A stretch of 49,500 bases of DNA, filler included, from Bipalium vagum (GCA_037834085.1; 3 parts of 3 records of this genome joined end to end with filler, not necessarily neighbours in it); one strand, 5' to 3'; counted from the whole stretch's first letter, positions 26,940 through 41,100 are shown. Numbers and translations are program-made. The notes: generated by a model not told the origin, from the sequence alone.

Positions 26940-28960
26940 GGTAGAAGTATTGATCATCAGTTGCCACTACTTGTTCCCATCCTTCAGGTAGGCTACAGAT
27001 TCCATTTGGAAAAATTTCCTGATTTTTTGAGGAGATTCAAAAATCGAGCCATTTTATGGTGTCATCATAAGAACGAAACTGCTGGTCACCGAGACCATGT
27101 GACATATCTGGGAATACGGCGGGCAAAGTAAGATTTCCCATCCTAAGGTTTCTATGTGTGTAGTAACTAGTTTATCTTTTATTGCTTGGCTTAAATGCAT
27201 CAATTGGAGTTGATAGCGATCTCCTTTGATTGTATCGTTCAGTTGCAATAACTCATAATATAGTTAACCTAACTGATCCCACCAAACGGATAGTATGACC
27301 TTTTGACCATGAATGTTTCGCTTGGCCGTCGATGTAGAAGTATGACCGGCCTCTCCCCATGATCTTTTTCGCTTAGGATTACTGTAGTACAGGGTAGTAA
27401 CTTAATGATTTTAAATAATAGTAAAAAGTAAATATTCCAGACAATTATTTATTTTGAATATTATGCATAAACAATAATTCACGGAGATGTTTTTAAACTA
27501 GAATTTGAAAATTATATCCTTCAAATGACCACCACTTTCTGCCTCACAAAATTTGGCTCTTTTTATAGAGTTTTCCATGACACCTGCTAAAACTTTCGGG
27601 TTTATTGCTTTAATATCGTCACGAATATTGTTCTTTATTTGTTGAATGAACTTTGGCTTATTGATATATACTTTATCCTTCAGATATCCCTAAAGAAAAT
27701 AATCTAGTGCTGATAAATCTGGTGAACGAGAAGGCCAGTTGAATATCGAATTTCTGGAAATTATCCGATTATAGAAAATCTCACGTAAGAGTGCTATAGT
27801 ACGTTTCGTGGTGTGTGTGGTGGCTCCATCTTGTTGAAACCACATCAGTTCATTGTCAGCAACCGCAGGAAGCAAATATGTTTTTATCATATCCCGATAT
27901 CGCTCAGCATTTATGGTTACAGCAACCCCATTAACATCCTCAAAGAAATATGGCCCTATGATCCTTTCATATGAAACACCTCACCAAACTGTGCATTTCA
28001 TGGAATTCATTTCTCTCTGGTGAACAGCCCTTGGATTTTCAGATCCCCATATTCTATAATTTTGCATGTTGACAAATCTATTCAGACTAAAGTGGATTCA
28101 TCACTCATTATCAAATTCTGCAGGAAGTTTTCATTTGCAAGTGCCATTTCTTGAAATTTCCGGACATAGGTTAATATTTGTTGTTGGTCTGCCTGCTTCA
28201 AACATTACACCTATTGAATTTTGTATGGAAACAATTTTAGTTCCCTTACCAGAATTTGTTATAAGGATTTTCGAGAAATGCCTAATTGCAAAGAACGTCT
28301 TCGATTTGATCTTTCTGAGTCCTCCGCAATACTTTCAATAATAATAACATCTTTATTTCTGGTTTGGCACGGTCTTCCCTATCTTTGCAAATCGTTTACC
28401 GAACCCTGGCCCCAGGAACGTTTAATTACTTGCATAATCATAAAGGCTGTTGGTGGCTTCTTAACATTGAAATGTTTGCAATATTTACGTTGAGTTCGGA
28501 TTATTGAATTATTGTTTTGAAAATAAAATTCCACGATTTTCGTTCGTTCAGATATTGTATATCTTTGTGACAGTAATTTCCTGGAATCCATTTTTATATC
28601 TACAATTATTTCAAAATAAATAAATATTGATTGTATTTTTTATGAAGTTTTAAATTTATTAATTAACTTTTGTACCACCCTGTATATCCATTTTTCATAC
28701 TCCGTAACAATCCGATGAAAGAAAGACGTTGAAGCAATTGTTCACAGATACACAAACGACGTTCCACGTCTCTCGGTCCTAATTCGTATAGCACCAATAT
28801 TTCTAGTTTCTGAATCATTAACATTGCTTGTAAACGTTTGGCCACGGTAGAACGATCGACTCTCAATGATATTGACATTCAATCTTGTGTTTGATATGAA
28901 TTTTAGCTCAGCAAAGTCTTCAATTCTTCATCACCAAACCTTTTTGGGTGCCGAAATCAG
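26940..28960 (-). mobile_element. Mos1-like mariner pseudogene interrupted by a nested element
   Basis: RSTVAKRLQAMLMIQK..YELGPRDVERRLCICEQLLQR, RIVTEYEKWIY|YSNPKRKRSWG..IHGQKVILSVWWDQ, WEILLCPPYSQ; reading continues seamlessly across the insertion at 27390-28682. Confidence 0.85.
27390..28682 (-). mobile_element. DD41D (rosa/Visitor-type) Tc1/mariner element, full length, non-functional
   Basis: TA|CAGGGTAGTA ... TACCACCCTG|TA ends; transposase from ATG 28591 with WFQQDGA-...-SPDLSALD (41 residues between D2 and D3); frameshifts and stops. Confidence 0.88.
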
Positions 28961-30384
28961 TTTTAATGTTGAAATCAATGAAACCTTTAAAAATATTGGG
29001 TTTTGACAAATCATATTTCCCATATTATTATACTATTATACGTTGATTCTTAGTAGCAGTCTTCTTGGAGCAGAAGTACCCTGTCAAAACTTCTCTCAAA
29101 TGTTTCTTTTTTCTCCTATTTTCAAAATTTTGCATCCTAAATTAACTAAAGAAGGATATTTAAACAAATCATTCTTACATTCTGTGAAAGTTTTTTTCGG
29201 ATTCAGGTTTCTTATTCACAAACCTAATATTTCAAAGTTAGTGTCAGAAGATCGATACAATTCACCATTACAATTTTTGATTAACAAGAAGAAATCTACT
29301 GTTTGTCACTCTCTGGTGTATTTTTTCCGATTAAAAAACCGCAATTCAAACAATAATATTAAAACAAATTATACATTTTAAAATAAATCTAAATAAAATT
29401 ATAAATAAGAGACTAGAAAATACTTTAATCCTTTTATTATTATTCCTATTATATTTCGAAACTCTTTATTCAGATAAAATAAAGTATAAATATTAGAAAA
29501 TTTTACTGTGAGATTGATTTTCCAAAGAGGGGAAAATATCATTAAATACTTTATAGAATGAATCAAATTTGAGTATTATCTGATCTTTCAGGATGAGAAC
29601 TGACCTCATATCAAAACTAATTGCAAATAATTATGTATAGAAATATTTGATATAGCTTTAGACATTTGACAGAAAGAAATAGACAAAGTAATGGAAATGT
29701 ACAGCTCTATCTTTCAAAAATTCCTAAGCTAATATCCGTTGACGGAAATTCCAGGTCCAAGCATCTTAAAAAATTAACTTTAGCGATGAAGTCAATCAAT
29801 TCTAATTATATGTGAATGATTTACATATTCTTGTGGTATTGGAAAAATAATAAAACAATATTTAATTATTTCTAAGAACGAATATTGTGAAATTTGATTT
29901 ATTGCAATTGAAAAATTCTAAAATGCATATTTTTTTTCTAATTAATTTTTTATATTATCTTTAAATTATTTTATTAAGGTTAAAATTATTTAATTAATGC
30001 TGCCAGTAATTTTTCTTCGAAAAATTATTTACATTATATTATCATTTTCACATTTAATTTGAAATCAGCATTTTCGTAGATATCATAAAAAATTTACGAA
30101 AGAAATTTAATCAGTATTTTCTGATGAACAGTTGTACTTTGGTTAATTTATTAATAATTAATTGGTTTAATTAATTTTCTATCTTAAAAATTATAAATGG
30201 AAATAGAAATACAATAAATTGATAGCAAGAAATTTTGGAAACTATCAAATTCCAAGATGATATGATCTCAATTAATTCAGTTTTTATTCGTTAGTTTATT
30301 TTTGCACTTTTGCGTGATGAATTATTATAATTAAAGTTCTTGAGAACTAAATTCATTAATTACTTATAGCTAAAAGACATGGTT

Positions 30385-30560
30385 TACTCTCGGAGGTGTA
30401 TGGTGGTGGAACATCATCTGAAGACCAAAATAATAATTTTTGACACGATGTAGGAATGAGATTTAGGATAAGAAAAATATTACAGTAATTGAAGATAATA
30501 AAAACAAAATTTGACCTGGTTTAAAATGGTACTATTTGCCAATGTTTTCATGGTATAGGA
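30385..30560 (+). mobile_element. Possible piggyBac C-terminal remnant
   Basis: Degenerate GG...DQ...RMRFR..KWY.PMFSW pattern. Confidence 0.3.
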
Positions 30561-31229
30561 AAGACAAAATATATAAGAAAAAAATGCTGTTAATTTAATG
30601 AAAAAGTATGAAAAGCAAAAAAACTAAATCTTAATTAGAAAAATAAAAAAATCCTGTTTTTCCACAGTTTTGTTCCTGAGACGTATAAGGTCGAATTATT
30701 ATTGTAAAGATTAAATTTTAATTAATGTTAAATTCATGAAAAATTTTAAATTAATATTAAAATTTAATCCTTAATGTAAAATAATTGTTTTAAACAATTT
30801 TTAATAATTAAAATAAATTTAAAGTTTGTTTTTAAAAAGTAAGTAATTAAACTTATCTTAATAAAAGTTTAAGATAATTAACGTATTTAAATAAATAACA
30901 AAAAGAAAAGACTTCAAAAATTCAATTATTTTCAAATAAATATTACACTCAATTTTAATCAGTGCTGACATATCGGTAAAAGTATAACGTTATAGGTTTT
31001 GTTAGTCAAAATTAAATTTCGTGACTCATATTGTTATTGGTACACATACATTTAAATAATTACGTTTTTCAGATATTGTGTTACGGTACAATATTTATAT
31101 ATATTTTAAGTTTTAAATAATCGAAATCACAAAAATAATTTAAAAAAAGGAAATATGAAACAAAAAATATAACAAAATTATATTACAGGACATCAGAAAT
31201 TTTTTTAATTACCATCTTAATTTGATTAA

Positions 31230-31560
31230 TGCTGCGCGATTAATAACAGAGAATCTTCAAGAATTTTATCATCCATTTTATTTCTTCTATCTGATAGGAT
31301 CCATTTCAAAATAGAGAATAATCTCTCAACAGAAACTTGTGTTCCTAGTTTGATAAGTAATAATTTCGCAATTTTAGGTGAAAAACATTCATCTCTAAAA
31401 TCATTAGGTGTTTGAGAAATTTGATTTTCTTTATAGAAGATATGTTTGTTTGAAGAAACTATGGATTTGTGTTTCTTTTTCCAAAAAATTCTTAATGAAT
31501 TCTGTTAACGCTGAAATCAAAGACAATTATGTAATCTTAAAAGCAGAATACCTTTGGTTA
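31230..31560 (-). mobile_element. hAT transposase C-terminal dimerisation-domain remnant
   Basis: KIAKLLLIKLGTQVSVERLFSILKWILSDRRNK. Confidence 0.75.
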
Positions 31561-31689
31561 AACGAGATATTAAAAGCTGTATATATACAAATAATAATTA
31601 ATGTAACTGAATTCGTCAATAAAACTAATTAATTTTGTGTTAAAATTCTATAAACTAAAAAAATATATTCATCATAACAAAGTAAAGCT

Positions 31690-32139
31690 TTGACCACTCC
31701 CCAAAAATTATTGGAGCTAGAATGAAATCTGTAACCATATCCAGCATATAGTTCGGACCTCGCATCATCCAGTTATTATTTTTCCTTCCTTGAGCAATAT
31801 TCTGAATGACAAAGAGTTCAAAGATGATTAAAATGTCAAATCATTCCTTATATAGTTCTTAAACGATAAAAATCAGAACTGTTATGATAAAGGCATTATG
31901 ATGCTTCCAGAAAGATGGCACAAATTGTAAATATTCTAAAATCTTGCTCATAAGCCAAACTAATGCATACGCCGCAACACGAATTTTTATAAAATTATTA
32001 AAATCAATGCACACCATTTTTAAGCAAAATTATTTGAATATTATTAAATTAATAAAATTTTCAAATTTCATACTTGACTGAATAAAATTTTTTTTATTTT
32101 AGTCAAAAAATGCGTAATTATTTATTTGCAAACCCAATA
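31690..32139 (+). mobile_element. Mariner 3' remnant with right TIR
   Basis: YPAYSSDLASS, YDKGIMMLPERW; TIR-like end GCGTAATTATTTATTTGCAAACCCAA|TA. Confidence 0.7.
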
Positions 32140-32777
32140 CATTACTCACAGTATAAATCTGATATACATTTAATTCCTGTTTACGTATTTGGATTAATTT
32201 TATTTAATTAAAAATTTAATCTTATTTTATTAAAAAATTTAGATAAAATACTTTTTCATAAAATATTTTACTATAACTTAAAATTTATAAAATTTCACAA
32301 GAATTTTAAAATTCTTAAAAAATTGATAAAAATATCGATATTGGGCTAATTAAGGGTAACTTAACGAAGTTAACTATTATCAGAAGGATTTATGAAGTTT
32401 AGGTTCTGAGCTACTTGTGAAAATATGGTTAAAATATATGTTTACACTAAGTAAAATTAAATTTTAAAAAAGTCTTTTGTTTTTTCTCGCGGAATTTATA
32501 GTTATTTTGCTGGGTTGAGATACGAAGCTATGAATTCTTGAAATACCTTAGATTGGTAACTTAGTCTGTTGATGTCTTATTGTTGTCTGATTGTTCGTTT
32601 TTCGTTTTAAAGTTCAGTAAATTTATATTAAAAAATGTAATGTAAATAATGTAACATTTTTCTAATAGTAATTTCTATTTTTAGAAATCTAAGGTTTCTA
32701 TTTTTAATAAATCTATATTAATTCTATATAAATTTATATATATTCGTATTTTCTGCCTTAATACTAATTATAATATC

Positions 32778-32811
<34 letters not shown>

Positions 32812-33600
32812 TAATTTTTTATAATGGTTAGGATATTATTGTTTTTAGATTTTTTTATTTAATATAAACTCAAAATTCATATAAGCTAACATCAAATTAA
32901 CACACGGAAATCAAAGTTAATCTAGTCAATCATTAAATCATGAAAATTATTATTTTTTCAGAAGTATCAACAGAATTGATAAATAATATCGATATGTAAT
33001 AATCAATATCCAAACTTTTAACAAAATCAATTTTGAATATTTAATCTAATATGAATCAGTAAATAAATAAAAATAGATAAAATTATAAATTTTCTTTTTT
33101 TATGAGTTAAAAAATTAATTGTGAGCACAAGCATCTAGACAATTTTTTATTAATTTTCTAATTACTTACTTTCTTTTTTATTAATACTTACACTCGTTAA
33201 TTTTAGCTAGACAAATTAAGTAATAAGTTGCTTATAAATAGATTTTGAATCAGTTGTAATAGTGAAATATAAAATTTTTTTTTCATTCAGAGTAATTGTT
33301 ATTGAAATATTAAATCTTTTGAAATTTTGATTAGCGATTATTAGAAAATTTAAAAGATGTTAAAATGTAATTATCACTCGCAAAATTTAATAATTAATTT
33401 CGATTTTGAAGATTTAATGATTAAAACAAAATCGAAATTGAAATATTCATATCTGAATTGATTTTAATTCGACATTTTTTAAAAATTAAATCCTTCTTTC
33501 AAGTTAGAGATTAAAAAATATAAATAATTATATTTATTTATCTTTCAACTATTCTTTCCAATATCCTATTTTATATTAGATTATTAGTACATATAATATA

Positions 33601-33700
33601 NNNNNNNNNNNNNNNNNNNNNNNNNNNNNNNNNNNNNNNNNNNNTTAATTAATTAANNNNNNNNNNNNNNNNNNNNNNNNNNNNNNNNNNNNNNNNNNNN
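33601..33700. other. Scaffolding gap with TTAATTAATTAA spacer
   Basis: N44-TTAATTAATTAA-N44. Confidence 0.9.
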
Positions 33701-33771
33701 ACGTCAATTTTTGTTTTTAACGCATATTTCTCGTTAAAAATCAAGTGTCCCAATACTTTTGCACGGTAGTG
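33701..33771. mobile_element. Tc1-like TIR abutting the gap
   Basis: ...TGTCCCAATACTTTTGCACGGTAGTG|TA, typical of Tc1 termini. Confidence 0.6.
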
Positions 33772-34391
33772 TATATTTATGGTGTTTTGGGAAATTTGTT
33801 TATAAATATTTTACTATATACTATAACAATATTAAATTTTATTATTAGTATTTATTATTATTATTAGACAATTGATTTAAAGTCTTAAACTTTGATCGCT
33901 TGTAGTCGTTTTCAAACATTATTTTATTCGATTGGTACAAAATACTGTCAAATGCAATTAACTTTTTAAGAAAAGTAAAAATTCAACATGAGAATTAAGA
34001 TAAAACAAGAGTTATTCTCGAATTTGAAATACTATTTTCTTCAGTTAAAATAAATATTATTCTTGGTAACTGCCACAGTAACTGTGTTGTTTGAATTCAT
34101 TAAGTCAAAATTGAACGAAAATATTAATTTTAAATAATTGAATAGTTGAAAAGTGTTTACCCTTTATATAATACTAGAATCAATTAATCATTTCTTTTAA
34201 TTACGAGATTAGATATTTATTTATTTTAAGAATTTATCTAACTTTTAATATACGATTGTGTTCAATTCAATTCTTTAAAATTTATAAATTTTAGTTTTAC
34301 CTTTAATTAAAATTTAATCTTTACTATTCTAATTTCTAAATATTTCCTATTCAACTCAAACATAAGTTAAATATATAATGCAAAAACTTAC

Positions 34392-37300
34392 CCCATAAAC
34401 AATATGCATCAAAGCAGAATTATGATTTGTCGTTCCATCACTGGAAATTGTATCAAGTTCGTCTAAAGGACAGGCTGCACAAACAACATTTCCATATTTC
34501 CAGTGCACTTCCCTTTCCAGTATTATAATGTGTTGATACATCTATCAATAAAAATAAACACGTCTAAAAAATAATAAACGTACTTCTTTTCTACCAAGTT
34601 TAGCAGCTAAAGTCAAAGGTGTTAGTTGAAGTTTATTTTTTATGTCTAAGCGCGAGTTTTTCTCAACTAACAAATCAAACATTCTCTTAGCTACCTATTT
34701 AAAATTCACCGCTTATTTCATTATTATTATCAAAAACCTCTATATCCATTTTATTTGAATGAATAACCAACATATGTAATGCAGTATTCCCATTATGGTC
34801 TTGTAATGAAATATCAGCACCTTTGGCAATAAGTAATCTTATGCATTCTTCTTGTCCACAACATGCGGCAAAACTTAGAGGGGTTTCACCCCAGTACACG
34901 TGTCCTTCATAATTAGTATTAGAGTTTAAATTTAATAGCTCCGAGTCCATTCTATATGTATAAATATGTTTTTGATCTTCTGGTAAAAAGAATTTTCCAA
35001 AACATCGTTGATTTACATTTGCATTATGATCCAATAAATATTTTACCAAGGTTGGTTCTTCATTTGATATAGCAATATGCAAAGGTGTTTCCCCTAATTC
35101 GTTTTTATAACTTAAATAGAATTATTATTTTACCGTAATATTCTTCAGATATGTAGTAGTCATTTACAAGTTTTGGGAATATTTTAATAATCCTTTTAGC
35201 TAAATCATAGTGGGTTGGAGTGGCACTGAGAAAACAAAAATGAAGAAGTGTTTCTCCTGCTGATCCCCTTTGTTCAATATCCCAGCAAACGTCCCGATAA
35301 GATGGTTCTGAAATGTGTAAAATTAAGAAAAACTTAAAAATGTCATATTTACTATTATTTAAATTATAATTGATCCAATAATTATTGATCCAATATAATT
35401 ATAATTATAAAGGATGAGTTTTTTGTAACTTTAAACACTAACAGTTCAGAAACATGAAATTGTTTAGTTTTGTTTAGCTGTACTCGTGTGAGTTTTGTGT
35501 ATTATTTCAAATTATTGCATAATTATTTTCGTTTTAGTGAATTTATTTTTTGTTAAGTTTGATAAGATTTCAGAGGTTGTTAAATTATTTATTATTTTAT
35601 TAAAACGTTTTATTCGATATTTTTCATTAATGAAATTTTCTTTTACTGGACTAACTTGTTAAAAATTATTTTGTTAATTAAATTAACTTCATTTTAAAAT
35701 TTTCACTTAAGATATTTAAATATCATAATTTCTTCAACATAATTATATAAAGATTTTTATGTTTTGCACAAATGCTATTAAGTTCTTACATGGTTTATAA
35801 CCTCATTTCAAATTTTTGTAAATAAATTTCGAAAATAAACAAATTTCAAAAAATAAAAATAAGAAAATGTATTACATATATTTATATATAAACATTTAAT
35901 TATCATAGATGGGCTCCTTATTATTAGGAATTTAAACATGTGTCTTTAATAAGAATTACAATCATCAGCGCCTATTAAATTTCCTACGTTGTCGATCAAT
36001 CCAAATAAATCTTTTTCTTTTTCAGGACGAGCTTGTCTGATGCTTTGTTTCCATTTTGAGAATAAGTTCTCAATAGGATATAGAAACGGAGAATAAGGAG
36101 TCAAAAACAATACCCTATGACCCCCTTCTTCTACCATTTCACGTATGACTGTCGATTTGTGGAATGGAACATTGTCCATTATGATTACCACAGATCCATG
36201 TTCTCGAATCTTTTGCTATTAATTCGGTTATAAACTCTTGAAATGTAATCGTGTTATATGCAGTCGTTTGTGCATGATAATGCACAATTCCATTTTTATT
36301 CATTGCGCAACAGACGGAGATGTTATGTGACCACAATCCACGTACAACATGAATTGCTCTCTTTCCACATAATGATCTTCCTTTTCTTGAACGCATGGAT
36401 ATATTGAAGCCTATCTCATCATCGAAGAACAATTTTGATTCATCATATTAATCTATTTAAAAAGCATTGTGCATATTTTGCTCTATCATCAAATGGTCTT
36501 TTATTATTTCTTCTTACCGGCATTAACGAAATATTCATAAATGTATAAGAAAATAATAATTATTACATTATTATTTAATTACATAAAAAAGGATAATTAT
36601 GCATAGTTTTCACGCATACTGAAATATTAAACTTTTCTCTTTATCTGGATCTTAATGCTTCAACAGTTATGCCAGCATCTTCGTCCATCCAAAACTTTAA
36701 TGCATTGACATGTTCCGTGTTTAATGATTTAATATTTTAACATACCTTTTAATTTATGCTCAATACGATTTTCATTTACATAAATTTTCAAAACGGAATA
36801 AATCGTTGATAAATTAACATTTAATATATTCGAAATTTCCTTTTTCGAATTTCCTTTATCATGGGCATCAATTATTCTTTGTTGTATGTCATTTGTAAGC
36901 ATGCTAAATAACAAATTACATGTAAAAGTATGTAAAATTAAAAATGTTATACAATGTATAAAATGTAAGCTTGCTTTTCAATTTTAATTATGTAAATTTT
37001 GAGATATGCAAATAATAAATTAGTCTAATTAGTGTAATTAAACAATGTAGCTGAGAAAATATGTATTTGAAATGAGATTACAAAAATTTGAAATGAGGTT
37101 ATAAACCCTGTAAAATACGAGGAAATTTTCAAGTACAACTCAGGGTTATGATGAGAACTGAACTTTTCAATCTTAGTAAACATTTTATAATCCAACACAT
37201 TTTTTAAAATTTTTCAAAATTAAATAAAATTTTTCAAAATTAAATAAAATTTTTTACAATTTCATGAGTAAATATGAATTTTTGGTAAGAAATTTTAGGA

Positions 37301-39098
37301 AAACATTTATTTTTGTATATAATAATTATTTTTTGTATAATAAATTAATTAGTTTTTACATATCAAATTACGATTAACTAAGATTTTTTGACAAAGTTTT
37401 CTGTTTTAAAGTAATCCTGTGAAAGAATTTTCTGCACCGAATGGTCAGGGGCAGCTAAATTCGCTTAACACCTTTTGTCTTTTACTTGTACAAGGTGGTC
37501 AAAAATTCCCTTTTCAATTTAAAAAGTTAATAACTTTTTTATTTGTTGATAAGCTTGTTTTAATTTATTAATTTTTAGACATCAGTTCTGGCAGATTTAA
37601 AATGAACTTTACAGGAGCTGAAAGATAAAATTCAACCAGAAATTGTTCATATTAAACTTTTCAAACTTCATAAAATACTGGAAAACACAATGAAGAAAGT
37701 CATTGAATATAGGACATGTAATGGTGGACGCTTAAACGATATAAATTTTTACACTTAAAGTAAAATAACGTCATTAATCAGACTTCAATTTATAATATAG
37801 CTTTCTAGATTTCATAGCTTTTATTAAAAGTTGATTTAGATATAAATAGGAAAGGGACTTTTCGACCACCATGTGTTAATAGATATAAAATTGTATAAAT
37901 TACCATGGTAAGTTTGGGTGAAATCAAAAATCTAATTAAAAATCATTTACCGAACTTTGCAGGAGTTTCTTTTCCAATCTCGTCTTCCTTTATAATTTGC
38001 AATTCAGGGTAAACACTGTTTTTCTTTATCACCTTTTTTGTTTTATTAAGGTCCTTTTCCATTATTTTACCGAATCTCTTATTAATTAGTTCATCGACAG
38101 TTATTGACTTTCCTAATTAAAAATAATTTTCATATTTTTATAACATAATCTAAATGATTCTAAACCTTCTCCTTCATTGTACAAGTATGGTAATAAACAA
38201 TCATAGATTTTTTTATCAATTTCTTCATAATTCTTTTTTTTATTGCAAATTTTCATTATTTCGAAAAACTCCCCTGAAAAAAAAATGCAACTAAGGTGAA
38301 ATTCTACTAAAAATAAAATATATTTAAAAAGAATTGTTGGGTTTTTCAGTAAAAAAATAATAAAAATTAACGATATTAATGATACAAAAAAAATTTAATA
38401 ATAATAATTATTAAGAACTGAAAGTTCAGTAATTAATTATTAAAGAGGACATGATTTCCTGGATTGTTGAAGAAGAAAATCAAAATACTGAAAATCAGTC
38501 AGTATCGGCCAATTGATGAAATTATTTATTATATTATAATAAAAGCTTAATCAGGATAACTGTGCCTAAAGAATTGATCGGATCTTTAGTGAGTTTGGCA
38601 TCTAAGATGTTCGCTACTCACGTAAGAGCTCAGGACTTCAAATGAAATCGATAAAAGTTTTTTTAATTTTAATTTTTTGTTAAGAAGCATTGAATGTTTA
38701 GTGTCATTTATTGTTAATATCATATGTATCTTAATTTGAGAGTATCAAACATAGAGTAGCATGATTCTATGCACCTATGTCCATAATTGACAATTATGAA
38801 AATTGTGTGATACTTGTATGAGGGGATAAATAAAAATACTTGGATGCACTTTGAGTAGTGGGATTTACAAACACAATCAAGTTAGCTAGGAAGTCAGATA
38901 TTTAATAAAAGGTTTTATTAATATAATTATTAACAGAATAATAAAGATAAGTAATTTTACATCAATTATTAACACATAATAAATACTTTTACAACTAATG
39001 AAAAGTTTGTAAAATAAGCAAAAGAATAATTAAAATTTTAAATATATGAAGTTCTTATCTCCTCACTATAAATCCAATTAGGATATTTATTATTATTC

Positions 39099-39135
<37 letters not shown>

Positions 39136-39359
39136 TCTATACAAATATTATATAGATTTATTAATAAAAATAAGTACAGAATTTTTAAAATAAAATATCA
39201 ATTAAAATTTAACTTTCGACACTAAAAATTAAAAACATCAATAACAATTTTCAAATTCTCACCTGATCCGGATACATCCAAATATTTATACCAACTGATT
39301 GCTTTATTATCAGCTTGAACTTTCACAACATTGTGAACATTGGTACTAACATTACCCAT
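34392..39359 (-). CDS. nan: TRPV cation channel, Nanchung-type (5' partial: N-terminus and ankyrin repeats)
   Basis: GT-AG exons in frame: 39359-39263, 38273-38166, 38112-37951, 35307-35134, 35093-34738, 34694-34584, 34541-34392. Translation [95 protein letters not shown] matches remembered Nanchung sequence. Ends at a GTAAGT donor. Confidence 0.9.
35789..37110 (-). mobile_element. IS630/Tc1-like DD34E element (1322 bp) in nan intron 3, disrupted ORF
   Basis: 33-bp TIRs with 1 mismatch (35789-35821 / 37078-37110), TA duplication; HTH ORF 36914-36729, [14 protein letters not shown]-...[10 protein letters not shown] (34 residues between D and E). Confidence 0.92.
37491..37873. mobile_element. 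MITE / internally deleted Tc1-mariner element
   Basis: TIRs CAAGGTGGTCAAAAATTCCCTTT ... AAAGGGACTTTTCGACCACCATG; internal NGGRLNDI remnant resembling a DD41D C-terminus. Confidence 0.65.
38440..38860 (+). mobile_element. Possible LINE remnant in nan intron 1
   Basis: KISQYRPI and KYLG-like motifs, highly decayed. Confidence 0.3.
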
Positions 39360-40646
39360 AATTAACAAAATAAACTTAGGGTTTTAATTGCAATTTTAGT
39401 TTCTGCAAATATGAGAACAGGTAGGCCTGAGTTTGTCACAGAAAATAAGAAAAAAACTCTTGATAATTCTCAGTGACACCAGTAATCGATACCTTATACT
39501 ACACACCAATAACAACTCAAGAGACATGGAGATAAATATTTACTTTTAGATGAAATAAGTCAACCAATTTCTCTTTCTTTTATTATAAATCTTTCCATTC
39601 ACTTACAGTTATAACTCCTCAGTTTCTTTGAGTTATAAAAAGGTTTTAATATTTCTTAAAACAAGTTATTGTACTTCTAAATGCTTAAGAGGTGAGTTGA
39701 AACGCAACTGTGATTTCAAAATATAACATTTCTATGATGTTGAAACATTATACAAATGGAATAGAATTTTCAGTTGTCCATTATTTTCTTTTAAAACGAT
39801 GATGTTCACATTTTTGGTTCATAGGTCAATTGTAGAAACTATTAAATCGTTGCCGACCAGTCGTGGATAAATATCATGTAGTTTATTTAGGAACAGTCAA
39901 ATTTACAAAAGTTAAATTATTTGTAAGAGTCATGACACAAACATATCACACAAAGCAATATCAGTAATGTATCAAAACAACCTTGGTGAAATAGTAATTA
40001 GATATTAGTGAGTAAGAATGTGAGACATGACACCAATTCATTTTAGTAATAGCGGTACTATAATCCGATGTATTTAAGAAGACAGTTGAAAAAATGAAAA
40101 TTAGTCCCAGGCTGATTTTTGGTCTCAGTGTCATACTTTAGACATCTTTACTTAAAAATAATATAATGATATTTCGATAAAATTTTCATATAATCAGTGA
40201 GAACGATAATTTTATTTAATGACAACATATAAATTCCAATATAAAACAAAGTAATTAATTCTTTAAAGGTCATTTTGATTAATTTAGAGAATGCTGAGTC
40301 AGTTTTGTAAAGCTTTTACCGGGTTGTATGGTACTGTAACCTTTGCATCTATCTCTGTAAGGTTATGATTTTAATATTATATGCGGCGCCAATGAAAATT
40401 TTGATAATGAAAGTGAGAAATTTTCTATCATCATTGATACTGTGTAGACATAAGTTATCAGATAATTTCATTGTGTTAATGCACGGTTTTAAAGGTTTAT
40501 TGTCTACATTAATCAGTATGATTAGTTTTCATAATAAATTATATAAATAGATATTTTTTATTTCGATATTAATTTATTCATGAGTACCGTCAAATATGAT
40601 GAAATATAAATTATTATTAATACTATTATATATACTTTGTGATATA

Positions 40647-41100
40647 TTAGGTGTAGGCATAAGTTCTTTTTTTTTTAAAAATTAAGTGTTATTAAAAAGG
40701 TAATATATTTATTTTTATACGACAGGAATTCAAAAAATCAGTCATCAACATAATATCCATTATTGGAAATCACTTTTTGCCATCTTTAGGTGATTGCCGA
40801 ATCCCGGAACGATAGAAAGATATTGGTTTTGACGCAAGATAACTCTTGACAAAATCCTGTATCTGGTTAAAATTTTTGAAACGACATCCGGTTAATTCAT
40901 GTTGCATTGAGCGAGACAAATGAAAATCTGTAGGAGCAAGGTCTGGAGAATAGACCGCACGAGGAAGAACTTCCCAGCCTAACTGTAAAATTTTTTCCTG
41001 AGTATGTTTCGCTACATGGGGTCTGACATTGTCATGTAGGAAGAAAATCTTACGCGGTCCTTGCCCGAAAAAAGGTATCATTGATCATTGATTTTCACTT
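40647..41100 (-). mobile_element. Mariner transposase 3' half with TIR
   Basis: [34 protein letters not shown] (DD34D); TA|TTAGGTGTAGGCATAAGTTC end. Confidence 0.85.

Noticed and set aside
29043-29381. 112-aa ORF
   Set aside because: Non-ATG start, no recognisable motifs; likely the antisense of a decayed TE.
34699-34737. ORF-track C-terminus [12 protein letters not shown]
   Set aside because: Read-through into a 43-nt GT-AG intron; homology resumes at 34694.
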